A DNA stretch of 64,000 nt from Chrysomallon squamiferum (taxonomy: Eukaryota; Animalia; Mollusca). Made by a program: the position numbers and the translations under genes. Positions 1 through 14,466 of the stretch are shown one piece after another. The stretch covers positions 18,724,001 through 18,788,000 of the forward strand of contig CM022673.1 of NCBI GenBank assembly GCA_012295275.1. Reading direction: 5' to 3'. The stretch's first letter is position 1. Each line of letters starts with the position of its first letter. The notes under the pieces were generated by a model. It worked only from the letters and a program-made list of their open reading frames with translations, made no database searches and had not been told where the DNA came from.

Positions 1-266
1 TCCTTCATTTCAATGGTTCGCTACGTATAATTAGTGATCTAAATTGTTGTAGCCTAGCAATATGTTACAGTAACCTGAAAATTCACAATCGCGTGTGCAT
101 CGCATCTAAACAAATGTTCCAAACTTCCAGTATGTATTGACTGAATCTCAAAATAAAGTATGAAGCAGCAATTAAAGATAAATAAAGATAAAGTTAGAAC
201 AGTGCTGAGAGAGAAATAGAAGAAGAATTGAAAACAGAAAAAGAAGAAGTAGAATAAGGAACAAAC

Positions 267-349
267 CTGTAACTGCTGGGTTCGTTGGGGTGTGTTTGTA
301 AAGTTGTAAGCAGAATACGTAGAATTCCAATCAAGAAAAAAGTATTTAT
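267..349 (-). CDS. Class B GPCR exon: end of TM5-ICL3 (gene continues beyond the left edge)
   Basis: ttttatttcag|INTFFLIGILRILLTTLQTHPNEPSSY(R)|gtttgt, with the N-x-x-F-L-x-x-I-x-R-I-L motif. 83 nt. No TM6 exon found in 1-266. Confidence 0.9.
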
Positions 350-719
350 CTGAAATAAAACACACTACTTCTACTAATCTGTGATATACTACTACAACTA
401 CTGCTAGTTAGTAACTGTAATAACTTTAATTGTTTTGTTTATTTATTGTATTAGCATTAAAAAGCATTTCTACGTATTTCACTGACAAAATTATGAAATG
501 AACAAAAACAAAACAAAAATCGGTGCTTTAAAAAGATAATAAAAATTGTTTGTCAAATCATTTAGAAAATATCAAATGAACTTAGTCAGGGGGATCAATT
601 AAGCAATTCTCAATACTGAACAGAAAATGTGTTTGATTTTACAAGATTCGTTCTCTTTTTTATTGTTAATTCACCAGTGATAATTATCTTAATTATATTC
701 CTTTTGTAAGGAAATTTAC

Positions 720-786
720 CACTATGCACAATAAAATAGGTGTGTAGATAATCCATTCATAATTCCCTGCATTGTGTACCCAGCAA
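720..786 (-). CDS. Class B GPCR exon: ECL2 (CW motif)-TM5
   Basis: ctatttcacag|CWVHNAGNYEWIIYTPILLCIV|gtaaat, with the conserved C-W and W-I-x-x-x-P motifs. 67 nt, phase 2 to 0. Confidence 0.9.
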
Positions 787-832
787 CTGTGAAATAGAAA
801 TATAAATACTATTCTAAATAATATTTACATAT

Positions 833-940
<108 letters not shown>

Positions 941-1110
941 TTTGAAAAATTTAACAAACTTTATTATTATCAAAGACTGGTTCGATGCAACAAATAAAAA
1001 ATAAGTTAAAATACATTTTAAAATTCATTTAAATTTAATATCAAGAAGAATTTCAGAACAGTCTATAACATAAACATCATTTTTTATTAATTTAAAAGTA
1101 CATGACTGAC

Positions 1111-1171
1111 CCTCTGTCTTCTCTTAACACACGTATTACAGAATACACCATGACAGGAACAAGAGGCATAG
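1111..1171 (-). CDS. Class B GPCR exon: TM4-ECL2
   Basis: ttatttcag|(T)MPLVPVMVYSVIRVLREDR(G)|gtcagt. 61 nt, phase 1 to 2, joins both neighbours in frame. Confidence 0.85.
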
Positions 1172-1466
1172 CTGAAATAACAAATAATGTGTAAGAAAAA
1201 ATGAGTTGATGATTATGATGATGATGATGATAATGGTGATGATGATGGTGATGGCCGACGTCATTGTGTTGAAATGGTCGAATTGGTGGTAATGATGATG
1301 ATAAAGAAGATGGTAATGGTGATGGTATGATGATGATTACGATGATACAGATGATAATGATTACGATGATACAGATGATGATAACGACGATGACGTTGAT
1401 GATTATGAATTTAAAAAAGGAACAAATTTTCAGTCACAGAGTGTCATGCAAGGTCTGTTATGCAGG

Positions 1467-1498
<32 letters not shown>

Positions 1499-1721
1499 CA
1501 ATTAGCAGCATCCTCCTACAGACAGAAAACTTGTGAATACAGAATGCGTTAAGAACGATGTAAATGTATGGTTTCATTAATTCCACATAAAAAACAAATT
1601 AATTCTTTTTACTCTTTTTACAGTCAATATTATGAATACTCCGTGGGGGTTTTTCTTGACGTATGCTGGTGTTGTTATAAGTCATTTCAAAATAGAACCT
1701 TAAAGCTATCGTCTTATTATT

Positions 1722-1755
<34 letters not shown>

Positions 1756-2029
1756 TCAGAGGTTATGTCTATGACGTTCTGCTTGTAGAATTTTTTAATG
1801 AAACATTTGTGATTATTTGTCTCGAGTAAATTATTAGAAAAGTCTTTTGTACTCCCGACTATATTTCATTATTGTTCTGAACATAAACTCTTTATTGACC
1901 CTATACTAAATTAGCAACAAATGTTGTAAATTATTAACAAGAAACAGTGACTCAGTTGTTATTATTATTGTATATATTCTCATTACAGTTGTCGTTGTTG
2001 TCGTTGTTGTTACTGAGTTTTCAACTTAC

Positions 2030-2180
2030 TCCATCCAGAAACAAAGTAAGCCATGATGGACCTGGGTACTTTGAAAGCTCTTACGATTAGTCTGTATAGA
2101 TGAAAACCTTCCAGAAACATCCAGCAGAAGTTACTAGTCCACATATACCTTGTCAGTACGTACAACAGTTTACACCCAAC
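2030..2180 (-). CDS. Class B GPCR exon: TM3-ICL2-start of TM4
   Basis: ttctccaaag|VGCKLLYVLTRYMWTSNFCWMFLEGFHLYRLIVRAFKVPRSIMAYFVSGW|gtaagt, with the hallmark C-K...N-F-x-W-M-x-x-E-G-x-x-L and G-W motifs. 151 nt, phase 0 to 1. Confidence 0.94.
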
Positions 2181-2570
2181 CTTTGGAGAAGAAACACAAC
2201 AATATGAGGAATGAAAAAAAAAAACATCGTGATGACAGCAAGGAAAAGAAGAGTTTAATTTTTATTATTCGTTTTGTTTTACATCAGTTTTGAAACACCT
2301 TTTCTTTGAATAATCTGTACATCCGTTATATAAAGATCAACAAACACCCTAAACACACACACATACTCACGCACAGATCAACATACGTACATATGTTAAT
2401 TTGTAGAAGTAAATATGCCGGCACCCATAAATAACTGATTTTTTATTTTTATATTTATTTATTTTTTATTATTATTATTATTATTACGATTTTTTTTTTA
2501 AATTTTATCTCCGACTACAAGATTGGGAACATACACAATGAAGAAAGAGAAGAAAGAAAAACAGTCTCAC

Positions 2571-2721
2571 TGTATCTCTGTACATCAACGCGTTCTCTGC
2601 CAGGTTTTCCCACCGATCTTTGAACACGACGTTTTCCCACATGATCATGGCAACATTGGTGATGATGAAGGACAAAAATAAATTGAGATGAATCTGAATT
2701 CGATGTTGCTTCCTTAACTGC
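2571..2721 (-). CDS. Class B GPCR exon: ICL1-TM2-ECL1
   Basis: tattttcag|QLRKQHRIQIHLNLFLSFIITNVAMIMWENVVFKDRWENLAENALMYRDT|gtgaga, with the class B R-x-x-I-H-x-N-L-F-x-S-F motif. 151 nt, phase 2 to 0. Confidence 0.93.
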
Positions 2722-3164
2722 CTGAAAATAAGAAATATCCCCATTTAGTTTTAATAACATATACAATTATTCAAACAGTTATTTACTAATATGCTTATAT
2801 AAAGAGATGTAATATTGCAGGCATAAAAAATATTAGTATGTAAATAAATCCTCTATTTATTTGTTTCTGTATCATTGAAAGAAATTAGTTTTGTTAGAGG
2901 AGTCACCTGTACATATATATTGATAATACCAGCTGGATGTAATGATTAGTTTTTGAATATTGTCTGTCCTGTCTTAATATAAAAATATATCATACTGAGT
3001 CTTGCAATATGAATTAATTTTAGTTAATGGTGTTAGATAAATATACACGTATTAAATTATTATTTTATTATATTTAAAGAAGGAAATACTAAGTGTTTCC
3101 ATGAAAATATAAGTGTGTGTACGAATGTCTGTATGTTGACAGACAGTTATATACATATATTTAC

Positions 3165-3256
3165 TTAAATGCGAGAAACACAATGCAGGCAGGGAGTAGC
3201 AAGGCAAGGCTCACTGCGTTGCAGGTCAGACCAACATAGAACAAAACTTTGTAATC
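3165..3256 (-). CDS. Class B GPCR exon: TM1
   Basis: ttttttcacag|DYKVLFYVGLTCNAVSLALLLPACIVFLAF(K)|gtaaat. 92 nt, phase 0 to 2. Absent from the ORF track. Confidence 0.9.
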
Positions 3257-5912
3257 CTGTGAAAAAATAAGAAGTAGAAGAATTAAATTAGAGTTTAATG
3301 TTAATTTAATGACAAGATAAACGATCTGATTTCAACTATTTTCCTACATCGATTAAAAGTGTATAATAGTGGTAAACGTAGGACGTTCAAGTTAAACAAG
3401 AAACATAATGAAAGAGTCATGCATGCACGCACTAATTATAGTTAAACAAAACCTGTCAACGTCACTAATCAACCCCAGCAGCCACGTGGCTCGTCGTTTG
3501 TTCTCGTTTCATAGTTGTTTCAGCACGACTCCTGTTTCGCCACTCGCTGCGGTTCACTCCCACCTAGCCTAAAACTTTAAAAATCTGTCTCCCACATAAC
3601 CAACATGATGTTGGGATACCTGGGCTAAATGTTTTGATAGTAAATTGGTATTAATGGCTATGGTCCGTTTTTTATATTAAGTGAATATAGCTCAGTAGAT
3701 AGCAGTACTCTCGTGGTAATGCTGATGAGTGTATATGAGTGAATAAAATTTAGGGAAAATTAACATTGGTGTTTTTTCATTACACCCAGTTCTACATTGA
3801 CTTTTGAATTGTTTCAATGCACATGTTTGAGAACCTCTTCACGGCTGTTAGTGAATGAATAAATCATTTGTGTCGATGTCGAAACAAAGGTGTTTCCAAG
3901 TGGATTTTTTCATTACACCCAGTGTATCATCCACTACTCACGAGAATCATGCAAACTAGCCATCCCTTTTAGGGACAACGCTGATGTCCAGAAGTATTGA
4001 TACAGACTATAACACGAATACAATAGACTGACCAAAGTTAATCCCATACCACCCACCCAAAACCCAATGTTGTTGTAATAGATTGATTTGGTCAGGTTTT
4101 TGGGGTAGGTGGGAGGACAGCTTCGCTGCTTCCACCAGAATCAGCTCCAAGGCAAAAGTAGAAACCAGACTAACAGCCATAATACACATCACAGTCAACA
4201 TAAGCACATGGATAAAAATCTTTGACAAATTCTTGATTCCTTGATCAGATTTCGAAGTTACTGCTTGTAATGCTAATGTGTGTCGCTCTTTTCATCCTAC
4301 TGGTATCGACTAGTGAAACTTATTTTATATTAACCTAACAAAATATATGGATACATTCGGCGCACTAGGCGAGAAACAAGGCTCAGTGAAAACTGATTAT
4401 TTCCTCAAATCTCTGGCACGTTTATCTGTTGTTTTCAGATATCTAAATTAATCTTCAGTAAAAACGTGTATTTAAAAAACGAGTAAGTAATTATCTACAG
4501 GATAAGGATAATAAAAGTATTTTGCAGATAAAACAAAAAGCAGTATCAGAGCTGTGTGTTTATTTGCGATGTTAAACACATTCACAGCGAAATCAGTTTT
4601 CTCCTTGCCGTTGTGACGTTCAGCCTTTTACTCTTTCACGATTAGTTACAGATTTGTGACTTACATGCAGACGTGTCTTGTAGAACTGAAAAAATACAAC
4701 TTAATAATCTTTGTTTTAATACATAAAATAAAATAAACAAACACGCACAACAGTGAACTCTATTATCTGGCGTGGTGATAATGTTATTTTTGGTGAGAAG
4801 TTTCAACTTACTTCCACTCTGACCTTATTTGCTTTACGCGAGAATATTTGTTTATACAAAAGATCTTTCACTCACGTATCTTTTTACATACGTAGGCACA
4901 TGTAAAAACTGTATCAGTTTGTAGGCATTTGTATTATTCATGTATTGTCGTATATCTCGTACGTTGCCTTCGCAGATGATGTCCACGAATCGGCTTCTCC
5001 TCTTTTTGACTTTTTTGTTCACCGCCAGCGAACTAAGTTTTACACACTCTTTAACTGAGCTCTTTACTCTGTTGTAGTTGGTTAATTTACGAATATAGTT
5101 GACTGATTACATCGCCTATTCAGTCAAGTTCTTCAAACTTTATTTACAAAATGTGGGACGAAAAATAGAATAAGCCGGAAGTTTATAGATTTCTTCTTTC
5201 ACTAGATTCAGTACAATAATAACTTACATTTTAGTGATTATTAGAAAGGGAATATATTTAAGATTAATCAAAGTAATTGTATGAGTATGTATCATCAAAA
5301 ATATTAATATCGTGGTTATTAAACATCTGTACTGTTTCATTTATTTTCAGTACTGAGTCTTTCATGTTATATTAGCAAACACGTTTATTTAATAATAGGT
5401 TTTATGAAGAATGAATAGAATTATTCTCTTTGTGAGAAAGAATAAACTTTTTAATTCAGTAAGTAATAAAGCGATTTACTTACTTTGTAAGAAATATATC
5501 GACTTAGTGGTTTTAGCGATGTCCCACAAATAGCAATATATTTCCGATAGGTCGAGCAAAAGTAATTGTCCTAACAAGGTGAAAAGCTTTCCTTAACAGT
5601 TTGTAACGAGAATATTATAAGTGTAGGTTGTTACTACTGTTTTGTTTCATACTTACGTATTTTCTTTTATCATCTCCTAATTCTTGTCTTTAATCAGTAT
5701 TAACACCCACTCGTGTGATATTATTATGCATTTTCACTTCAGCGTTGATAAATGTTTTATTATAAAATTCTGAATATAAAATAGAAATTAAATAACTGTG
5801 AAAACAAAGTAGGTAGAGATGAATTCCATAACTGTTTTTAATGTAAAAATAAAAATAAATAAATAAATAAAAATAAACGATACACATTAAAAGAGAAACT
5901 GCGTTGACGTAC

Positions 5913-6010
5913 GTGCATGTGTACACAGGTTGTGTAGTCTGTCCATTCCTTGCCGGTGCTCGGCTCCGTCCACCAAGTTCCATTCTCAGTACACTCCTTA
6001 TAGGCGAAAG
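5913..6010 (-). CDS. Class B GPCR exon: second half of the hormone-binding domain
   Basis: ttatttcag|CT TTC GCC... gives (A)FAYKECTENGTWWTEPSTGKEWTDYTTCVHMH|gtacgt, with the C-x-x-N-G-T-W and W-T-D-Y-T-x-C motifs. 98 nt, phase 1 to 0. Confidence 0.92.
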
Positions 6011-7945
6011 CTGAAATAACAATAATAATAATAACAGCAATAATAATAATAATAAAACAATAATAACAATAGTAATAACAATAAAAACAAAGTAACAATA
6101 ATAATAACAACAACAAAAATAATGAATAACAAAAATAACAACAACAACAATAATAATAATAATAAATAATAATAACAAAAACATTAATAATAATAGTAAT
6201 AACAATAATAATAACACTAAGAATAATAACAGTAAGAGTAAATACAATAGCAATAGAAGGAGTAGTTGTTGTTAATAATAATAGTTATAGCAGCAGCAGT
6301 AGTAGTTGTTGTTGTTGTTGTTGTTGTAGTTGTTGTTGTTGTAATTATGCATGTGCGGTCTGTATAGGTGTAGATATGTGTAAGTTAGCGTGTATTTTTC
6401 TGTATTTCCATGATCTGTATGTTTGTGTGTACGTGTGCCTGTGTATTTGAAACGAATATAGGTTTTAAAGTCATCAATTCAAATATATCTGTGGCTAACA
6501 CAACTTGTGTTATATGTCAAGAGTCTGTTCAGTACAGCGGTGTTTATAACAGGGAATTCATTTAATACGAAAGAGCCAATCGGCTGTGAGACGTTTGTTA
6601 AATTTGAAACATGTCTAATGATACAGAAGCAATCCATTGAAGTTTCACCAGTTATACTGTTTTCATTAGTTTTATGCGGCTGTATAAAACAAACTGCTGC
6701 CTGCTAAATGAACGTGTAATTAAATATTTAATTACTGAAATTCTTTGTAAGTGAACTCTTCTATCGGAAGCTGATTAACTCGCGTGTTGTTCCCAAATTA
6801 CTTGTAAGCATATTTAGAAACTAATTTCCTATACACCCTTATGAAAATTAGTTTAGTAAATCTGAATTACCAAATGATGAATTTCTACGTAAAACATACT
6901 AAACTGTACATTAAGAATCATGTTTTGTATATTAAATCTAAACTTCATTTCGTGTACATGTGTTTAAATACTGAAATCTTATTTAAGGTGCAACTGATAA
7001 CGACTGAGACATGCAATATATGTGCTATCGTTCGTTCCTTTATGTTATTATCTATGAACGTGTGTGTATGCATATGTCTTTTTATCCTTCCTCAAGTACT
7101 CTTCGTACAATTCTTGTGATTCAGAAGTTCGAGCACAGATAACGATTACAGATTTGCTTGAAATATTTGTACTGAATGCAATTAATAAAAATACTAGTAA
7201 CATCTGACTTGCGCGTAGTTTATAAAATCCCTCGTAACAAACAACAAATATGTTCAGTCTGGCAAATGAGCACAATGCACTTTGTGTGTTGTGTGTATAT
7301 AAGTAGATAAATTGACATCTATATGACAAGATGTATTTATATATATGTATATATGTTCAATATGACACTATATTTAAAACACACTGAAACTGTTCAACAA
7401 TGCACACGTTTAACAAAATAAACTATACTATCGAAACTAGAGCAAGATGCTGTTACTAAGAAAGAAGATAATGATCGTATGATTAATCAGTCTGCAAGAT
7501 AAAAAGCCCACTTTTCAGACACTGCCCTCTACAGCATGCTCCGTAATAAAATTTGTTTATACACTGTGACAACATCAGGCTTTCTAGATAGGCCTCTTAA
7601 TTGTCTTTACATTGCATTATCATTAAATTACAGAAATCTGATATACAAGTATTATATCGGATTACACAGTTACAAGTAAAAATATTATACAGCAATCTGT
7701 CACAAACACAAGCCATGCAATTTTGAAAATGAAGCAAAATAAAGTGAAATTTCGGATATTGCAGAATGAGTTTTGTAAAGTGGAACTTGAATTTGAAAAC
7801 ATCAATGCTGATAACTGAGTATCTGACAGAAGGTGATACCTCATTGATTTTCATTCTAGATATACAGTTTATAAAATCTCACATCAGAATTTAGTTATTT
7901 CAGACCATAAAACCAAATATATTTCTACTGTTTAGACAGAATCAC

Positions 7946-8111
<166 letters not shown>

Positions 8112-11100
8112 ATTATAACAACCGGTAATTCATCCATCAAAGTATTTGTATATTTATTCATTCATTCATTTTTCGATTAATTCTTTTAATCTGTAAGTTT
8201 TATTACTATATTTTACTATCATTAACCACACAAAAAATATTTTATATAGACAATTTAGCTGTGGAAATCTGCTGTTTTCATTATTATTATAAAGAGCATT
8301 TTATTCTATTTGAAATAGTCTCTATTCTGATACAAACAAAGGAAAAATTATTCCGTATATAAAATTAGTTTGAGACGATTCAGTCAAGTCACCAAATTTA
8401 TTTCTTAGCAATATGTGACTTTATAGAATTTGTCTTTCATTGTCCAGACAGCTAATCAATTAAAAACCTACTGAGATTTAAAACAATATTACTAAGTTTA
8501 GGATTTCTATAGGGAATGCGAGAAAATAATAAAAATTAGTGTATCTGTACTATGAATAATATATACTGTGCTAACTGTCTGCAATATAACCATCAGTGAA
8601 TCATTTCTCTTTGACTTGTAACATTTACCTTCTTCCAGTATACATATATTCTTTTGTTTAGATTTATTTATTTATTTATTTATTTATTAAGAGAAAAGGA
8701 TACAAATAGATCAATAAAACATTAATACAACAACAAATATGAATCAAAACATCCGTTAAAAAAGTGAGAGAAGAAAAAATAATCTGGCAGGCTAATAAAA
8801 TAAATATTTATAACTGAAGATTAAAAAAAAAAGACATTAGCGAACAATAGAAACACAAACAAGTATTGATTGTAAACGTATATTAAACATAAATTCTCAT
8901 TTCAGTGAAGACGTTAATGTAATTTCAACAAAGAGATTCCTATTACATCCTTCAACGAAAATTAAGCCACGTATTAGCGTTTAGAAATAAAAATAACAAA
9001 AAGCATTACTGTACCAATATTTTCTGTGTTCAACTAAAGAAAATATAAATAAATTACACTTAAAGCTCATTACAGATGAAGTCAAATGAAAATATGTATA
9101 GACAGAAATTTTCCCTTATGAATAATATACTTATTGATATAAATATTGTTTAAAATAAGATCGTAAAAGACAATATGTTTTTTCTTTATGTAAACTGTAT
9201 TAAATATCTTCATTTGCAGCAGAGAATATCATAATAAATAGCATTCTTGTTCTTGTCTTCTGTACTGATTTTATTACTATAAGCTCTACATGACAACTGA
9301 TTAAAACATCTGTTTTTCTGACTGGTTACACTCATTATTGTTGCTGTCGTAGTGCTTATCAGTTATGTTAACGTTCTCAGAAAGAACACCATCGTTCGAA
9401 AATACATTTGTCGTAATGAAAACCAACATCACTTCGAGATGTCGCTGTGGTCTCCACACTGAGGTAAGGTGGGTAACAATGCATGTTGAATATTCGTCTT
9501 AAAAAGAAATTTTAAAAAATGGCGGCTCTAGTATTTAAGTAATTTATCAAACAAAAAATTTCATAATATTTAAAAAAAAAAAAAATTATTAAAATTATTA
9601 TTGATCGAATAAGAAGAGGTGATTAGATCGTCTATGATTAACTGGAATTTAAAACATCTGACATTTCTTTATACGTTGTCATCTGACTCTGTCATTTACA
9701 GACAGCTGTCATTTCAATGTGTGTAATTTAAATCTGCGTAACTTGTAAACGTAACCAGACAGTAGAACGTAGAAAATAATTCAAAACCTAAAAGTAAGAA
9801 AGAAATAATGACCTATATATATATATATATATACATACAGAAAAACGTAAACAAAGTATTACAAAAACACGTTATAGATACTACATATACACTGAAACAC
9901 ACAAATGTATACGCAAAACGACTGTCTATCTTTGAATAAATCGAATTTATAATACATAAATAGAATGATCTGCATAAACAGGATATATACTAGACAAATA
10001 AAATATATGACGCACTAATCGAATTTATTTGGAATAAATAAAATTTGAAACGCATGAATAAAAGATGTTGGCCTATATAAGAACAAAAAAAAACATTCAT
10101 CAGAGAAAAAAAATCATTATATTGGATAAATAAAATTTATAGTGATTAATGACATCTGTATTGACTGTGCCGATAAAAAGAATCTAATCGGATCAACATT
10201 ATCAGTTTAAACTTGTTTGTTTGGATCGTAGAAGCTGAATTTGACGTTCAGAATTACATCATATTTCACTTTTAGCAAATTGGTAACCTGAAAATGATGG
10301 GTATTTTAAGATGCCAGTTTACGTGACTGAAAACTACACGAGCAGCCAAGAGTCAAGAGATACCAAACAGAGTAGCTGTGATTTGATGCTGTGTTAAAGA
10401 ACCGTACAGCAGCTGCCAGTTGGGGAAAGACAGGAAATAACCGTTCTTCATATTTGTAAACTTACTTTAATGAGGTGACGGTGTCTGAATAGAAGAAGAA
10501 AAATACAGAACAAGAACAAGAACAACAAAAATAATAAAAAATAATATCAACAATAGAAATATAAACAACAATGACGACGACATCAACATAAAAAGAAGTA
10601 ACATTTTAAATATATAAAAATATGGAGCAGTTTATCTACTGCTTTATCCATTTTCATTTTTGTTTTCTTTCAGTAACTTAATTATTTTCTTACATTCGAA
10701 AAAGTAAAGACAAATTTAATAAAAATACTGTTATCAGTTTGAAATCTTGGCACATGTTCAGTAAACGCAAGGTAAGAACACGTGTTTGTTTTTGTTAACA
10801 GGAGTCAACGAATGTTCAGGTAAACAACAAAAATGTTTCATTATGTGAAATTTTCTTTACTTTTCTCTCTCTGTAAACCTTTCATACAATAGTTATTTTA
10901 TTTTACACCTTCCGCGTGTGTTTGTGTATATATATATATATATATGATGTTGAATGTTAGAATTCACAAAATTAACAAATTGTTGCAACTCGCACGGTTT
11001 GGCGGGAAAGCGTTTATGCGATTGCAGTTCGCGGGCTCTTGTAAGTCAACAGGAATTAGGCGACGCCATCTTTAAAAATGTCGTCAATAAAATTATTTAT

Positions 11101-12493
11101 TTTAGAGAAATCAAATCCAAGTTGGTATGACAAAGACAAGTATAATTGTATATATGTCTGTCTGCTTGTATTTGTGATTGAGTATTTGTATATAAAAGGT
11201 TACATCCTTTTAAGAAATTTTAATGCATTAAAATTGTGTGTTTACATAATTCAAACATTCAAACACACATGTATTATTATTATTACTGTTGTTGTTGTTG
11301 TTGTTCTTAAATTTTGTTGGTTTGTTGATGTCACAAACGAATGACGTATTATATGACGCGGAAAATGTTTGGTTGTATAAATCAAACTTTTAAGATATCA
11401 GACATGGTAAGAAAAATAATCATTACTTGATTCCAGTTAGATATAATTTCCAGAACAAATATAATAAATATAATAATATAATGGATACTTTTGTAGTGGT
11501 ATAATAATTTTCTTAATATGTGCCACGTCAACGCTGTCACAGTTAAATGGTTTATGTGATTTATGAAAACTTAAAACATTTACAAGATAAAAAGATGTAA
11601 GAAAATAACAATGTGTATTTGATTTCCATAAAAGAAAACCATATCACTTAGTGAAATTGCCAAAGGGATGTATCCATTGAACAACACATCATTCCAGTTT
11701 TCACAGTACAGTTACATATGTGACTGTTTTAAACACGACACAAACTCGACTTGTTTTGTTAATTTATTTAAATTATTTTACTGCAGAACGTTTTCAGTTT
11801 AATAGCATATTTACATCTCTAAATTACTAGTTAGAGATACACCAAGTAAAAATAAGTCATTTTAAATAGTTTGTGCACTCTGGAAGGAAACTAAACAACC
11901 ATTGCTGAATGTTAATATACATAGACACATACATCTACATTCAAACTAAAAATAATAATAATAACAAAAAACAACAACAACAACAACAACAGCATAATAA
12001 TAATAATAATAATAATAATGAACACCAAAAATAGAAAAGAAAAAAATAATTTAACAACAGCTGAAATAAACAGTGATTACTTAATATACTTAGATATTGC
12101 GAACCAAGTAGTTAGTAAGTCTTATAGTTTTAATGGCAATGGAGCTGGAAATTTGAATCGTCTGGATTTTTTTTTTTTTTTTTTTCTGCCTGTTTTCTAA
12201 TTTTATATAGAATGAACTATGTGCAGAATTATACACAAGAGAGAATAGTACGAAAGTTGCCAGAAACATAACAAAAATGTAGCCGCGGCTGAATGAAATC
12301 TTGTGATAACAACTCAAGTGTGAATGATACTGAGACGGTTTAAAGATGATTTCAGCTGGAATTTTGAAACACTAATAACGTGGTTGTTTGAAGACAAGAG
12401 TTTCTTCTACTACGGAAATTTGCATATCAAAAAAATAAAAAAGTAATAATATTAATAATAACTGAGTAAATAAAATATGACCAAATAACGTAC

Positions 12494-12929
12494 CTTCAGG
12501 ATTTGCCTGGTCTATGTATATAGGACATGCTATGGCAGCTTTCATTCCAGTGGGTGTGTCATCAAAACATCCAAAGCCGTCCCAGGTGCGGGGACAGTGG
12601 GGTACTGAAGGGTCTGTGGGTGGGGTGGAGATCTGTCGGTTACAACACAGCAAAGCTTTGAGACAACACATCATCCACCTCTGACAGTTTATTTCACTCA
12701 GACTCTGACATATCTGCGTCACTGCGGTGCTGTTTTCGACATCTGGGAGGATCACTGTACCCTCGGGAAACAGCTCCCCTCGAGAACCGTAGACCAGTTC
12801 GCCAGCTTTTGGCCAGTTTGGTGAAAAATACTTTTCTTCTTTGAAAAGGTAATTGTAACACAGTGAACAAGTTAATAACTTGAATGTTTCCAAAGAGTAG
12901 AAGCCGTACCTGTCTCTGCAGACATCCAT
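12494..12929 (-). CDS. Class B (secretin-family, calcitonin/CGRP receptor-like) GPCR, first identified coding exon: Cys-rich N-terminal extension plus first half of the hormone-binding domain
   Basis: Translation MDVCRDRYGFY...CPRTWDGFGCFDDTPTGMKAAIACPIYIDQANPE contains the class B ectodomain motif C-P-x-T-W-D-G-x-x-C...C-P. Donor GAAG|gtacgt at 12493 (phase 1) fits the next exon. The 5' limit is uncertain: in-frame TAG at 12944-12942, possible acceptor tcag| before 12938. Confidence 0.88.
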
Positions 12930-13626
12930 AGCGAGACCTGACTAACAGCTGTGAGACACTCGCTAGGTCTCCGACTGATACCTAGGTAATGAACGGTTTG
13001 GTTGTTCGATGTTTGTTCAGAAAGCCAGTATTGCCTTTTCTTAATCGATGTAGGATCTTGACTAAGCAATGGCTTATCGATCAATATTTCAAATTTGCTA
13101 TCCTTTTTCTTACCTTCTCATTATTCTACTACATAATAATGTTCTAAAGTCAGAATGTTTTCCTTTCTATCACATCTCCGTTCAGGTGGTAATTTGAAGA
13201 ATAATTTTGTTATTGAAAGCTTCAGCTTTTTTTATTGTTTAATATTATACCTAGAAAATACTGGTGGAACATTTTTCTTTGTTATTTATTTAAGTATCAG
13301 TTTTATGTATAAAATAATTACAATTTAATCGATTAATAAATTTTGTTGTGTGGTGCTTGTTGTTGCTTTCTTTATTTAGTTCTTTTAATTACATATTTCT
13401 TGATACAGACGTAAGCTATTCACTGGGGAAAATATCACCAGGAACAAACCGTACCGCAAATATGCAGAGGTTACCAAAAACGTTTGCTGTTTCCAAAGGA
13501 TGTCATAACAGTCGAGGCTTCAGAACACACACATGTTTTATTAGTAATAAAGGTTTCTTTACTCTTTTTTGTTTGTTGTTTTGTTTAGTTTTGTTATTGT
13601 TATTGTTTTTGCTTTGTATCTTTTTT

Positions 13627-13657
<31 letters not shown>

Positions 13658-14373
13658 GGCGGGTATTCTTTACAAATACTAATCAAAGAATCTACATTTC
13701 TTTTTTGTATGGTTTTTACTGTTAATTTTGTGATTATAGTCTACGATTATTTTGTGAAATGGAAGACACTAATAGTATATTATTTTAAATTAATGAAATA
13801 CATAGGTTTGAATTTAAATAATTAGCAAAAAATGAAGTCATGTTTGTATATATAAACGTTACATGTTTGTGTATATATATATATGCATTTATATTATTAT
13901 ATGTTTCTTTATGTGTATCTATGAGAATGTAAAGCTTTGCTCATCTGCTGCGTGCATTAATAATAATTGTGTAAAAGCACTACAAGAGCCGGTAATAACA
14001 TCATTAAGCTCTGATTAATAATATGTGTAAGTAGATGAGATTAACAACTTCTGTATGCAGATTACCTGTCATTTCACATCGACGTAGAATAAACTACTGA
14101 CTGTGAAAGGAAAAATAATTTTCATATTATCTTAGCCATAAACGTGCCACTCGAAGTGAGACAAAATTTTATTTGATTTGTATATAAAATTTATCTTGAT
14201 ATGTGATAAGCATTGCTGACTTTAATTTTAATAACCTTGTATTACCAGAGCTGACTTGTAATCAGATATCAGTTCTAGCACACAAACAGAGAATGGAATC
14301 TAACATCGCTTCACGTAAACCTTTGGTTTCTGGTATCCAAAATTTAGACAATATTTAGTTGAGTTATTTCTAT

Positions 14374-14466
<93 letters not shown>

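Noticed and set aside
12872-13084. 70-aa ORF overlapping the GPCR start in another frame
   Set aside because: No signal peptide or family motif and no evidence for a frameshift; more likely UTR or intron.
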